64,000 nucleotides of DNA from Mobula birostris (Eukaryota): contig NC_092386.1 in NCBI RefSeq assembly GCF_030028105.1, forward strand, positions 35,828,347-35,892,346, read 5' to 3'. The first letter of the stretch is position 1, and every line of letters starts with the position of its first letter. Below are positions 37,990-51,135 of this stretch, piece by piece. The translations under genes and the position numbers were made by a program. The notes under the pieces were generated by a model. The model saw only the letters and a list, made by a program, of their open reading frames with translations, did no database searches and was not told the DNA's origin.

Positions 37990-40768
37990 GGGCTAAAGTG
38001 TGTGTACTTCAATGTAAGAAGCATCAGGAACAAAGATGATGAACTGAGAGCTTGGATACATACATGGAACTATGATTTAGTGGCCATTACAGAGACCTGG
38101 CTGGCACCAGGGCAGGAATGGATTCTCAATATTCCTGGATTTCAGTGCTTTAAAAGGGATAGAGAAGGGGGAAAAGGGGAGGAGGGGTGGCATTACTGGT
38201 CAGGGATACTATTACAGCTACAGAAAGCGTGGGTAATGTAGCAGAATCCTCTTTTGAGTCAGTATGTGTGGAAGTCAGGAACAGGAAGGGAGCAGTTACT
38301 CTACTGGGGGTATTCTATAGGCCCCCTGGTAGCAGCAGAGGTACCGAGGAGCAGATTGGGAAGCAGATTTTAGAAAGGTGCAAAAATAACAGGGTTGTTA
38401 TCATGGGTGACTTTAACTTCCCTCATATCGATTGGCACCTGATTAGTTCCAATGGTTTAGACTGGGCAGAGATAGTTAAGTGTGTCCAGGATGGATTCCT
38501 GTCACAGTATGTTGACAGACTGAGCAGCGGGAATGCCATACTAGATCTAGTATTAGGTAATGAACCGGGTCAGGTCACAGATCTCTCAGTGGGTGAGCAC
38601 CTGGGGGACAGTGACCACCGCTCCCTGGCCTTTAACATTATCATGGAAAAGGATCGAATCAGAGAGGACAGGAAAATTTTTAATTGGGGAAGGGCAAATT
38701 ATGAAGCTATAAGGCTAGAACTTGCGGGTGTGAATTGGGATGATGTTTTTGCAGGGAAATGTACTAAGGATGTTTAGGGATCTCTTGCAGGATGTTAGGG
38801 ATAAATTTGTCCCGGTGAGGAAGATAAAGAATGGTAGGGTGAAAGGAACCATGGGTGACAAGTGAGGTGGAAAACCTAGTGAGATGGAAGAAGGCAGCAT
38901 ACATGAGGTTTAGGAAGCAAGGATCAGATGGGTCTATTGAGGAACATAGGGTAGCAAGAAAGGAGCTTAAGAAGGGGCTAAGGAGTGCAAGAAGGGGGCA
39001 TGAGAAGGCCTTGGCGAGTAGGGTAAAGGAAAACCCCAAGGCATTCTTCAATTATGTGAAGAACAAAAGGATGACAGGAGTGAAGATAGGACTGATTAGA
39101 GATAAAGGTGGGAAGATGTGCCTGAAGGCTGTGGAAGTGAGCGAGGTCCTCAATGAATACTTCTCTTTGGTATTCACCAATGAGAGGGAACTTGATGACG
39201 ATGAGAACAATATGAGTGAGGTTGATGTTCTGGAGCCTGTTGATATTAAGGGAGAGGAGGTGTTGGAGTTGTTAAAATACATTAGGATGGATAAGTTCCT
39301 GGGGCCTGATGGAATAATCCCCAGGCTGCTCCACGAGGTGAGAGAAGAGATTACTGAGCCTCTGGCTAGGATCTTTATGTCCTTGCTGTCCATGGGAATG
39401 GTACCGGAGGATTGGAGGGAGGTGAAAGTTGTCCCCTTGTTCAAAAAAGGTAGTAGGGATAGTCCGGATAATTATAGACCAGTGAGCCTTACGTCTGTGG
39501 TGGGAAAGCTGCTGGAAAAGATTCTTAGAGATAGGATTTATGGACATTGAGAGAATCATGGTCTGATCAGGGTCAGTCAGCATGGCTTTGTGAAGGGCAG
39601 ATCGTGTCTAACAAGCCTGATAGAGTTCTTCAAGGAGGTGACCAGGCATATAGATGAGGGTAGTGAAGTGAATGTGATCTACATGGATTTTAGTAAGGCA
39701 TTTGACAAGGTTCCACACAGTAGGCTTATTCAGAAAGTCAGAAGGCATGGGATCCAGGGAAATTTGGCCAGGTGGATTCCGAATTGGCTTGCCTGCAGAA
39801 GGCAGAGGGTGGAGGGAGTACATTCAGATTGGAGGGTTGTAACTAGTGGTGTCCCACAAGGATCTGTTCTGGGACCTCTACTTTTCGTGATTTTTATTAA
39901 CGACCTGGATGTGGGGGTAGAAGAGTGGGTTGGCAAGTTTGCAGATGACACAAAGGTTGGTGGTATTGTGGATAGTGTAGAGGATTGTCAAAGATTGCAG
40001 AGAGACATTGATAGGATGCAGAAGTTGGCTGAGAAGTGGCAGATGGAGTTCAACCCGGAGAAGTGTGAGGTGGTACACCTTGGAAGGACAAACTCCAGGG
40101 CAGAGTACAAAGTAAATGGCAGGATATTTGGTAGTGTGGAGGAGCAGAGGGATCTGGAGGTACATGTCCACAGATCCCTGAAAGTTGCCTCACTGGTAGA
40201 TAGGGTAGTTAAGAAAGCTTATGGGGTGTTAGCTTTCATAAGTCGAGGGACAGAGTTTAAAAGTCACGATGTAATGATGCAGCTCTAGAAAACTCTGGTT
40301 AGGCCACACTTGGAGTACCGTGTCCAATTCTGGTGGCCTCACTATAGGAAGGGTGTGGAAGCATTAGCAAGGGTACAAAGGAGATTTACCAGGATGCTGC
40401 CTGGTTCAGAGAGTATGCATTATGATCAGAGATTAAGGGAGCTAGGGCTTTACTCTTTGGAGAGAAGGAGGATGAGAGGACACATGATAGAGGTATACAT
40501 GATATTAAGAGGAATAGATAGAGTGGACAGCCAGCGCCTCTTCCCCAGGGCACCACTGCTCAATACAAGAGAACATGGCTTTAAGGTAAGGGGTGGGAAG
40601 TTCAAGGGAGATATTAGAGGAAGGTTTTTTACTCAGAGAGTGGTTGGTGTGTGGAATGCACTGCCTGAGTCAGTGGTGGAGGCAGATGCATTAGTGAAAT
40701 TTAAGAGTCTACTAGACAGGTATATGGAGGAATTTAAGGTGGGGGGTTATATGGGAGGCAAGGTTTAA
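37990..40768 (+). pseudogene. CR1 ORF2: APE endonuclease plus reverse transcriptase
   Basis: FNVRSIRNK, AITETWL, YRPP, MGDFNFP, LDLV, SDH; NYRPVSLTS, QHGF, DFSKAFDKV, GVPQGSVLGP, FADD. Several frameshifts and stops. Confidence 0.95.
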
Positions 40769-42592
40769 AGGTCAGCACAATATTGTGGGCCGACGGGCCT
40801 GTACTGTGCTGTACTATTCTATGTTCTATGTTCTATTTTCTAGATTCTGCTTATCCTTCATTTGTGCATTACTGGCTGGAAAAGGAGGATTGTAGAAAAT
40901 ACCTGAATTATTTGGTCTCAGCAATTATAGCCAAACTGCTTTAATGCAGAGTTTGTGTTTTGAAAACTGGGAAGGATTACTCTGACCAATCACGCAACCC
41001 AGCCACCACCCACAACCACATCGTCCCTAGTGTTTGCTGAATTTGTTGAATTTGTAAGTGAACTTGTTGACAATCACAACAGCGTAATATAAACCTTCTA
41101 TCCAGGATCTAAACTCTAAATAAAAGTTATCACAATACCGACACTGAAGTAGTTATTTGTTCTTGAAAAGGGGCTGATCTCTTTCCATTGTGCTATCTGC
41201 AGTGAAATTCCTCCCTTCAGTTGTGTTTTCATTTCGAAGCAACCTTTTGATAGTTTATCACAGAAGATTGAGCGGTCAAGATCAACATATATCATTTATT
41301 CTAGAAACACTGAGATGTAACTTTCCAGGTGACCAGATATTGTTCACTATTTAAAAGGACCTGTTAAACTGGAACATTGCTGAATATTTTACCAAGCTTC
41401 TATCCATATGAAGAAACATTTTAGTATCTTTTAGGAGCCAGTAGTTTGGGTGTGTTCCATGAGTTAGGAGATTGTTAGCCTGCACTTTAGCACATATCTT
41501 TCTAAATATTTCCTATCTATGAACTTGCCAATTGTCTTTGAGTATGAATGTTGTAAAACTTGTTAATACATCTGACATGCCACAAAGTCCTCTCTGTTCT
41601 TTCATTGAAAATTCCCCAAATGAATTTAATTTATTTGATGATAGACTTGGTAGTTGCTGACAAGGAGGTGAAGAAGATATATGGACTGCTTGCCTTCATC
41701 AGTCAGGATTACTGCTGCATGTTGTAAAATAAACTGTCCTTGTTTCATTACTGTGAAGTGATATTCTTGTTTACGATGGAGATCTTATCTTCCATTTCAG
41801 CAAAATGGTCATTAAGCATGTGGTTTATTGAGAAATGCAACTAATGTTATGAGCCAGAAAACACTGGACAATTTGCGACTTAGGAATATATTGAGACATC
41901 ACAATATGGCATCAGTATAGACTGTCCCTTTGAAAATGTGATGAACGATCAACCTAACAAAAGGAAATCAGGCAATTAGAAATGTAAATCAATTTAATTA
42001 GTATGTAAACGATGTCAACACTTTGAATATGATACATTATAAAGACATCTTTTTCTTTGTTACACTATTTTAAAATCCACTTGCAGTCTCCAAAATTGCC
42101 TGCATGCAATTTTACTCTTTTACTCTTGCAACACAGCAGGAAATGGATGAAATCTGGTACATGACAAAGGTGCAGTGGCATCAGAAGGTGGGTCACTGTC
42201 ACTTTTTCAAAGACAGTTAGAGGTCAGCAATAAATACTGGCCGCGCCAATAATGCCCAATCAAAATTGTTCTTCACTAAAGCTTTATATCTACTCTTGAC
42301 CAAATGCTCCCTCCTTTCCATTTTGGATTCTGACCAGTCCTTTAAACATTATGTTAAGTACTAACTGAAAGCTTGAAATTCTATCAAGTTGCCATTCACA
42401 AGATAAATTCTACAGTTAGTTCAATTGGTCCTCCACATGCAGAGCTGCTTTACAATGCCTAAAAATTCAGCCATGGATACATTTTCTGTAACCACAGTAT
42501 TAGCTTGCTGATAATTTTAAATGAATCAATTCATTCTTAGTATGTGAAGACATGAACTGAATGTTCGACCTGAATGTAACTTAGAAAATATT

Positions 42593-42900
42593 GTTGCAAA
42601 CATGAAAAAGTCTGCAGATGCTGGATATCCAAGGCAACGCACACAAAATGCTGGAGGAATTCAGCAGGTCAGGCAGCACCTATGGAAAAGAATAAACAGC
42701 TGACATCTCGGGCCGAGACCCTTCTTCAGATTGGAAAAAATGATGAGAAATTGGAATAAGAAGGTGGAAGGAGGAGAGGAAGAAGCACAAGGTGATAGGT
42801 GAAATTGGGAGAGAGGGAGGGATGAAATAAAGAGGTGGGAAGTTAATTGGTGAAAGAGATAAAGGGCTGGAGGGGGGGGAATCTGATAGAAGAGAATAGA
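42593..42900 (-). mobile_element. Penelope-type pseudo-LTR with decayed minimal hammerhead
   Basis: 10-bp TSD agaaaatatt (42583-42592, 42901-42910). Minus strand ccaat-CTGAAGA-agggtctcggccc-GAGAT-GTC-agctg at 42697-42734. Confidence 0.8.
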
Positions 42901-43589
42901 AGAAAATATTATGTCCATTATCTATAAATCCTGTTGTCCTTTACCTCAGAGTCTTTATTTCTGATTTATATAAATGGGATGTAGTACAAAATCATTATGT
43001 GAAATTAATGTCATTGTTTCACCCAAAGAAGGTGTGGTGCTCTGCTCAGTCTTCATGTGAATGAATGGAAAAGCTTGAGCCATTTGTATATCTTTCAGGT
43101 GAATTGCCTATTCCTCGTGCACATTGCAATATGAATAGATCCAAATACATAGACGTAGCAATGTATGACAACTAAATTTACAAGTTTCACTGAGGAGACA
43201 ATTATTGTGTTTTGCCCATATCTATCTTTAGACAAAAGAGATGAAATTACTGGTGGTGATGGAGTTATTTTGAAACGTAAAATATCATACTTCTCTGAAC
43301 AACCAACAGCCAACCTGCCGAGTGTAAAGGCATTAAGCGCACCAGTCATGCATTATTCATTAATTTTCCACATAACAATTGAGAGTGCACTTTATTTTTT
43401 GTTATTTGCAGGATTCTGCTGGGTCCAGGAAATATTAATACTGCCAACATTGTCATTGGTAAACATAGTTTTGTATTGAAGAAGAAGTTTGAAATGTCAT
43501 CTGGGAGCATTTTAAAATTCAGTTTGTCATATTTCATGTTAGTGAAAATGCTAGAATCTATCACTAGGAATCTCTCCCATTGGGAGGAA

Positions 43590-43895
43590 TATACAAAAGT
43601 CTGAAAGCACGTATCAGCAGGCTCAAGAGCAGCTTGCATCCTGCTGTTATTAGACTCATGAACGGACCACTTGTATGACAAGATGAACTCATAACCTCAC
43701 CATCTACCTTATTATTTCTTACACTTCATCGGTTACCTACATTGCACCTTCTTTGTAACTTTTACACTTAATTCTGCATTGTTGTCACTTTACCTTGTTC
43801 TACCCCAGTGCCCTGTGTAATGATTTGATCTGTATGAACAGAACACAAGGCAAGCGTTATACTGAATTTTGGTACATGTGACAATAATAAACCTA
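43590..43895 (+). repeat. Rex1/Babar-type 3' end fragment
   Basis: ORF-end remnant (caggctcaagagcagcttgcatcctgctgttattagactc) and tail gtacatgtgacaataataaacc. Confidence 0.6.
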
Positions 43896-45309
43896 CAGCA
43901 ATACAAAAAAAAAGTTGTAAAAATTAGGCTGAGCCAACATGAAAGATCAAGCCTGCCAGAGGATCTGTGAGCAGATTCCCCAATTTAAATGCTGTGTTAT
44001 TCCAGCAAGTTTATGCTCCATCCTAACACTGCATTTAGCAAATCCCTATTTAGCTATAGATGCATCAAAGTCATCAACGTGCTCGTATTCACATGCTTTA
44101 TTACCACAGTGCTTCCAGGAGTTGTTGACACTTACCAATGAATCTCATGCCAGAATATGCTACCATATGCCAGGACTGGAAAAATAACCTATTGGTTATG
44201 TCAACAGTATTGAAGTAGAAGATTTATAACAAGCAGTTATCATTATTAAGTCAACAAAGATAAAAAAAAAAAGTGCACTCAGAAGTCTCAATTTATGCCA
44301 GGAAGAGGGGATAAGAGGGGACGTGTACAACATGTGAATTGCGGTATCATTAGGTGTGTAATTGATGCCAAGAAAATGTTAAATATAGGTATGTGGAGAA
44401 GCGCCTGACCAATTTATAACTGAGCATCATGTTTCTTAGAAGTAATTCCTAGCATGGTTTAATATAGATCAAGACATATTTATGTAAAACAGGTACTAAT
44501 AGATCCAATCAATATTCTCATGTCTATTGTACCTCTAAACAGATGGAATCTGTGTAACAGCATTGGGAGCATCTCCTTGGCCATTGGGAGTGCTGGTTGG
44601 AGAGGATTCTTGATGGCACATTGCAGGAAGACCCCTTTGCAGTTACCATATTGGACATTCCCTTTCTTGAAGAGAAGAAGGCCACTTAACAGTTGCGAAT
44701 CGGAAGTCATAGCAAGAAGCCAAATGAAATTGTTGACCGCTATGACCAGAGAAGTTGCTTATTATAATGTTTTTCAGAGTTAATTGCTGAGTCCCTTCAC
44801 ATTTTATGCCACCTCCAAATGAGGTGAAGGGCAAGCTTAAGAAATATGCCCATAATGCCCAAATGAGCACTGAATGTATTATAACCTGCAAGGCTATTAA
44901 AAGGGTGCTGAGATTTCAATAGCTTTTTTTGGCCAACATGAAATCAGTGAGATTAATGAACTTCTGTGCTGCAAAACTTTGTGATTCTATGATGATCATT
45001 TGGGAATAGATATTTCAGGATTTCCTGGTAGCCAATTTCAATTTCACTTTCAACAAAATGTATGCTTAGAAATTTTTCTGTAACAAATTGCAAACTAGGC
45101 CTATAGATCCTTTTTATTATGCAAATCAATGTCCTTTAAAATGCATGCCAATTTTGAATCAGTATCTCACTGGACTTTGCTAATGGTTTATTTCTACAAA
45201 GGAGGTAGGGAAGAACAATATTGTTTAACCTGGCAACCCAATCCCAGATTGCTCCCTTTTCCAAGGAAACAGTAATGGTCCAGCAGTCTGGGTTAAAGCA
45301 TCCAGTTAC

Positions 45310-45836
45310 CATAGTCATAGTCATAGTCATACTTTATTGATCCCGGGGGAAATTGGTTTTCGTTACAGTTGCACCATAAATAATAAATAGTAATAGAACC
45401 ATAAATAGTTAAATAGTAATATGTAAATTATGCCAGTAAATTATGAAATAAGTCCAGGACCAGCCTATTGGCTCAGGGTGTCTGACCCTCCAAGGGAAGA
45501 GTTGTAAAGTTTGATGGCCACAGGCAGGAATGACTTCCTATGACGCTCTGTGTTGCATCTCGGTGGAATGAGTCTCTGGCTGAATGTACTCCTGTACCCT
45601 CCCAGTACATTATGTAGTGGATGGGAGACATTGTCCAAGATGGCATGCAACTTGGACAGCATCCTTTTCTCAGACACCACCGTCAGAGAGTCCAGTTCCA
45701 TCCCCACAACATCACTGGCCTTACGGATGAGTTTGTTGATTCTGTTGGTGTCTGCTACCCTCAGCCTGCTGCCCCAGCACACAACAGCAAACATGATAGC
45801 ACTGGCCACCACAGACTCATAGAACATCCTCAGCAT
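45310..45836 (-). mobile_element. Rex1/Babar 3' fragment, same family as 13932-15687
   Basis: Near-identical protein MLRMFYESVVASAIMFAVVCWGSRL...PVAIKLYNSS. (ctatga)n tail. Confidence 0.92.
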
Positions 45837-46069
45837 TGACCAGGGATTAAATAATATCATGGCAGCTGTAGAATTTAAATTCAGTTAATAAGTCTGGAAT
45901 TTGAGAAAATAGCAACTCTTCTTTGGAACTTCAAAACAATCAGATTGTTGCAACAACCCTTCTAATTTATGAAGGTCTTTCAGGGGAGGAAATCTGCCAA
46001 CCTTACTGGGTATGGGTATATCTGTAGGCCCACCCAAAGTGATTGACTTTAAAGTGCCTATAATGTCAA

Positions 46070-46325
46070 TGGCTCAACACTGAACTGGATCCACACCTGC
46101 AGACTGAGTAATTGCAAGGACTCTACAACTCATGTTCTCCATAATACTTCATTTTTTTAAATTCTATGCACAATATGCACAGTGGTTGTCAATCTTTAAT
46201 TATATATAATTTTTCATAAATTCTATTGCATTTCTCTAATTTCCTTTCAATGCCTGCGAGATAAAGAATCTCAATGAAGTATATGGTGACATATATGTAC
46301 TTTGATAATAAATTTACTTTGACTT
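46070..46325 (+). repeat. Rex1/Babar 3' UTR fragment
   Basis: caaggactctacaactcatgttctc and the tail match 48976-49197. Confidence 0.7.
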
Positions 46326-48149
46326 TTATAGCTAATCAACACCATTTCCCAAGGGTAATTATTGATGAGCAATAAATTCTACCCTTGCTACTGATGCCAA
46401 TAAGTAAAACTACTCCTCTCCTACTGGTGATGTAGAGCAGTTGAACTTTCTGAGTTATAAAAGCATTAACAAAGATCAGCTTTGTTCATCATCATAGATT
46501 TCTGTGCACAACATAGACCGAACCCCAAACTGAGCAGCCACCAGATGATCTACCTTACAAATTCTGCAAAAAATACACTTAGTAAATTAGTTATCTCACC
46601 AACCTAGTGTGATATTTCATTGCAAGTTGCATTAAGTAAACCGAAAATTGTATTGGTTCTTTCGGTACTGTGGAAAGACCTTGAACAAGTCTTTGCCTTT
46701 GTCATCACTCGCTATAAAAAAAACTATTACTCTGTTTCTTGTATAATTTCTCCTTTACATCAAATCGAATTTGTTCAAGTAGAAAAAAAAGCTGCAATTA
46801 TTTGTTGACTCATTGACATTCCGTATTCTTAACAAGGGGGCAAAGAAATCCTGCACATCTCAGCTTACTAAACATTTGAAGTAAAGGATTAATCTTAGCA
46901 TTTCTAATTATAGGATCCCTCAAACCTCCTACTAAAAGACAATTTTTAGAGAAAACACTTACAGATTAAAATTTCTCTTAGGATTGCATCAACAATGTTT
47001 CACATTAAATGCAATGTGCCAATCTTTATTTGCTGATTTTTCTTGATAATAAAAATTAAAGATATTGAGATGATCTCATCTGAGATTACAGAAGGGGAAA
47101 ATAACATGCTATTGTTTGGAAGTTATTCTTCTTTCTAAACTGGATTAACAGCATGTAATTTTTGTGCATCAATGGTTATGAAGTAGATGAGTGAATTGTG
47201 TGTTTTCACTCATCCGGACAATTCAAAGAAGGCACCCAAGTATTTTCCTATAGAAATGGAAACTGGAGAACAAATTAACCTGTACCATTTCTCTTACATC
47301 TTTGATACTTACACAGGGAGATTGTCAAAGTCTGATGATGTGTTTTCCATCAACGTTGCTGGAAGAAGAAATGTGGTGAAACAGCATAGATGGTAGACAG
47401 GAGGTGGTGGGTGGATGGGTTGATGAAAGGAAAACAAATAATGGAGGAGGAATTCTAATAAACAGATAAAAGTGTAAAACAATGCAAGGTTTAATTTCTG
47501 TGCAATGTGTAACTATAATGTTGAAATCAACCTCATACAGAAAAAGGTGAGTGCCCTAATTAAGCTGTAAAATTGATTGTAGATCTAATTAAGTGAGCAG
47601 AAATAACAAAAAAACACTACTTTAATACTTAAAATCCCAGGAGACTTCATATTCTACCCTATTGTTTGCAAGCTTGACAGACACAATATATGATAAATGA
47701 TAATGAACTACAGTAGCAAGTACTAAGCTGTTAATTAGTATTATAGTTTCCATGCAGTTTTTTTCTGCTTCTGCATCTACTGTAGAGAAATTAGAATCTC
47801 CAGGACAGTTACTATAGAGCAAAATCATTGTCAACACAATTTGGCGTTTAGCCCTCAATGCAAGAAATATTTTCTTGGAAATCCCTGGAGATTTACATAG
47901 CATGGCAAATAGAGCACTCCATTGAGACTATACCTCATAATCTTGAAAGCTTTTCTCATTTAACCCTTGAATTACATCTGTCCTAACAATAACAATAAGA
48001 TGATAATACATAGTCACAGCTTTCTACCTATAAATTATTAATAATTATTGCCATATAAATGACCAATGATTGTCCATTTGTTTATCAATAGATTGTAAGG
48101 TAATCAATGGCTTTCCACAAATTAATGGATCAATAAAATATTTAATTGC

Positions 48150-49197
48150 CGTGAAATATTCCAATGCCATATTCAAGTTTGCTGATGACACCACTGTTGT
48201 TGGTCAAATCAAAGCTGGTGACAAATCAGCGTACAGGATGGAGACTGAAAATCTAGTTGAATGGAGCCACAATAACCTCTCACTCAATGTCAGCAAAACT
48301 GGAGAGTTGATTATTGTCCACAAAAAGAGGAAACAGAAGACCAATCAGCCAGTCCTCATTAGGGGACCGGAGGTGGAGAAGACCAGTAAAGTTAATTGCC
48401 TTGACTTTATCATTTCAGAGAAACTGTCTTGGGACCAGTATGTAAGTGCCATTATAAAGAAGGCCCAGCAGCACCTCTATTTTCTGAGATGTTTGCACCA
48501 ATCTGGCATGTCATCTAAAACTTTAACCAACTTCTATAGCTGCACTGTGGAGAGGACTCTGAATGGTTGCATCAATGACCTGCTTTGGAAACACCATGCT
48601 CATGAATAGAACTACAAAATGTAATTAATACAGTCCAGTCCATCACAGCAAGCGTGCTCCCCAACATTGAACCCATCAACTAGGAGCACTGCCACAAGAA
48701 AGTAACATTCATCATCAAGGTATCGCACCATACAGGCTACAGACTCTTCTCATTGTTGCTATTTAAAAGGAGTTGCAGGAGCTTCTTCATCTACTGTAGA
48801 GAAATTAGAATCTCTAATACAATTTAACGTTTAGCCCTCAAAACAAAAGAAATTTTCCCACAGCACCAGGCTCAGGAACAGTTACTGCCCTTCAGCCATC
48901 AGATTCCTCAACCAGCGTGGATAACTTCACTCAGCTCAACCCTGAACTGTAACACAATCCTATGGACTCACTTTCAAGGACTCTACAACTCATGTTCTCA
49001 GCAAAAATTAGATCTTCTTTTCTGGTGTATTTGCACATTGACTCTTTGTTAAACTTCCCTGTGTGTAGTTTTTCCACTGATTCTGTTGTATTTTTTGTTC
49101 TACTGTGAACGCCTGCAAGAAAATGTATCTCAGGGTAGTGTATGGTGACAAAGTGTATATGTACTTTGATAACAAATTTACTTTGAACTTTGAACTT
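48150..49197 (+). mobile_element. Rex1/Babar LINE 3' part
   Basis: IFKFADDTTVVG, LSLNVSKT, KKAQQHLYFLR. Tail (tttgaac)n. Confidence 0.88.
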
Positions 49198-49529
49198 TCT
49201 ATCGTCCGTTTTGCAGAGATGCATCACCAAATCTATACACATCCAACACTTCAGCCAACAGGAGGAAATAATGAGTTTCCATTAAGTACCCTCTGTAACC
49301 AACATATTTGTATTAGGGCCAAGGACAGCTATAGCCTATAGTACTGACACAACAAACTGGATGGCCTGCATTTGGATAGTTCCTTATACTGATAATGCAT
49401 ATTCAGTACCCTGATTTTCCCCAGTATGGTCTGCAAAGTAGCAATGGCACAACTCCCTATCATGAATGTCCAGAAATTATGTTTCCTTGTCAGTGGTTTT
49501 AACCTGATCTTGTAATTTCTATGTTTCTT

Positions 49530-49885
49530 CAGGCCCCTAGTTACCATGTAAATCTTTGACACTGTTGGCCTTCTAGTTGTATGACCAAGTCTGGAATGGT
49601 GTCCTGGAGCCATGTTTCTGTCACGAAGAGTGTGCAGCAGTCCCTCATCCCCCTAATGGCTTTAGCAGGATGCAGTACAGAGTGAGGGCCTACTCCACGC
49701 GTTAATCCATAACTGCGTAGCACCTTCATTACTTCTTCTATCAGTGACATAGACTTTCAGATTTTAGTGGGTTTTTTTAAGATCAGCAGTGTTTTTCGAT
49801 CATAGAAAAGATGAACAGGACAAGAAATGTCACCATTGATTGGAGACAGAGACGCTACTGCAACCGTACAGACAGCCATCTTGAG
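49530..49885 (-). mobile_element. 5' end fragment of a Rex1/Babar-like LINE (start of APE domain)
   Basis: Minus strand RGMRDCCTLFVTETWLQDTIPD..IQLEG; caagatggc-type 5' motif near 49875-49883. Confidence 0.6.
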
Positions 49886-50085
49886 ACACAGTCTTTTTAG
49901 AATAATGATGAACTCACAGGTATTTATGCTCTTTTGATTTTGTGAAGTTAGTTATTGTGCTGAATATAAACTTAGTTTATCCAATTATCCTTCATGGCTG
50001 AACTTTTCCAAAACTAAGAACACCCTTGTAAGTCTCCTCTCCCTCCATCTATTCGTATCTTCTTTAGTATGATGACCATTCTTTA

Positions 50086-51135
50086 GTGGGATCCTATTCT
50101 GGCTGGCTGCCGGATACCAGGGGTGCTCCACAGGGGTTGGTGATGGAACCGTTACTTTTTACGATGTACGTCAATGATTTGGACTATGGGATTAATGGAT
50201 TTGTGGCTAAATTTGCCAATGATACAAAGATAGGTGGAGGAGCGGGTAGTTTTGAGGAAACAGAGAGCCTGCAGAGAGACTTAGATAGTTTAGGGGAATG
50301 TGCAAAGAAGTGGCAAATGAAATACAATGTTGGAAAGTGTTTGGTCATGCAGTTTGGTGGAAGAAATAAACGGGCAGACTATTATTTAGATGGAGAGAGA
50401 ATTCAAATTGCAGAGATGCAAAGGGACTTGGGAGACCTTGTGCAGGAAACCCTAAAGGTTAACCTCCAGGATGAGTCGGTGGTGAAGAAGTCGAATGCAA
50501 TGTTTGCATTCATTTCTAGAATTATAGAACTTAAGAGCAGGGGTGTGATGTTGAGGCTCTATAAGGCAGTCATGAGTATTGTGTGCAGCTTTGGGCTCTT
50601 TATTTTAGAAAGGATATACTGACATTGAAGAGGGTTCAGAGAAGATTCACAAGAATGATTCCAGGAATGAAAGGGTTACTGTATGAGGAACGTCTGGCAG
50701 CTCTTGGGCTGTATTCCCTGGAGCTCAGGAGAATGAGGGGAGAGCTCATAGAAACATTCCAAATGTTAAAAGGCCTGAGCAGATTAGGTATGACAAAGTT
50801 ATTTCCCATGGTAGGGGGAGTCTAGGACAAGAGGGCATAACTTCGGAATTGAAGGACATCCATTTAGAACAGAGATGCGGAGAAGTTACTTTAATCACAG
50901 GGTGGTAAATCTGTGGAATTTGTTGCCACGAGTGGCTGTGGAGGCCAAGTCATTGAGTGTATTTAAAGCAGAGATAGATAGTTTCTTGGTTATGCAGGGC
51001 ATCAAAGGGTATGGGGTGAAGGCAGGGCAGTGGGGATGACTGGAAGAATTGGATCAGCCCATGGTTGAATGGCAGAGCAGACCTGATGGACTGATTGGCC
51101 TGCTTCTGCTCCTATACCTTATGGTCTTATGGTCT
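50086..51135 (+). mobile_element. 5'-truncated CR1 LINE
   Basis: GAPQGLVMEPLLF, KFANDTKIGG, LQRDLD, WQMKYNVGKC, RVQRRFTRMIPG. Tail cttatggtcttatggtct. Confidence 0.92.

Larger units (their letters stand above)
36627..40835 (+). mobile_element. Near full-length CR1 LINE (5' UTR, ORF1, ORF2, 3' UTR), inactivated
   Basis: CpG-rich 5' UTR, both ORFs recognisable, (ttctatg)n tail at 40817-40835. 5' boundary approximate. Confidence 0.95.
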
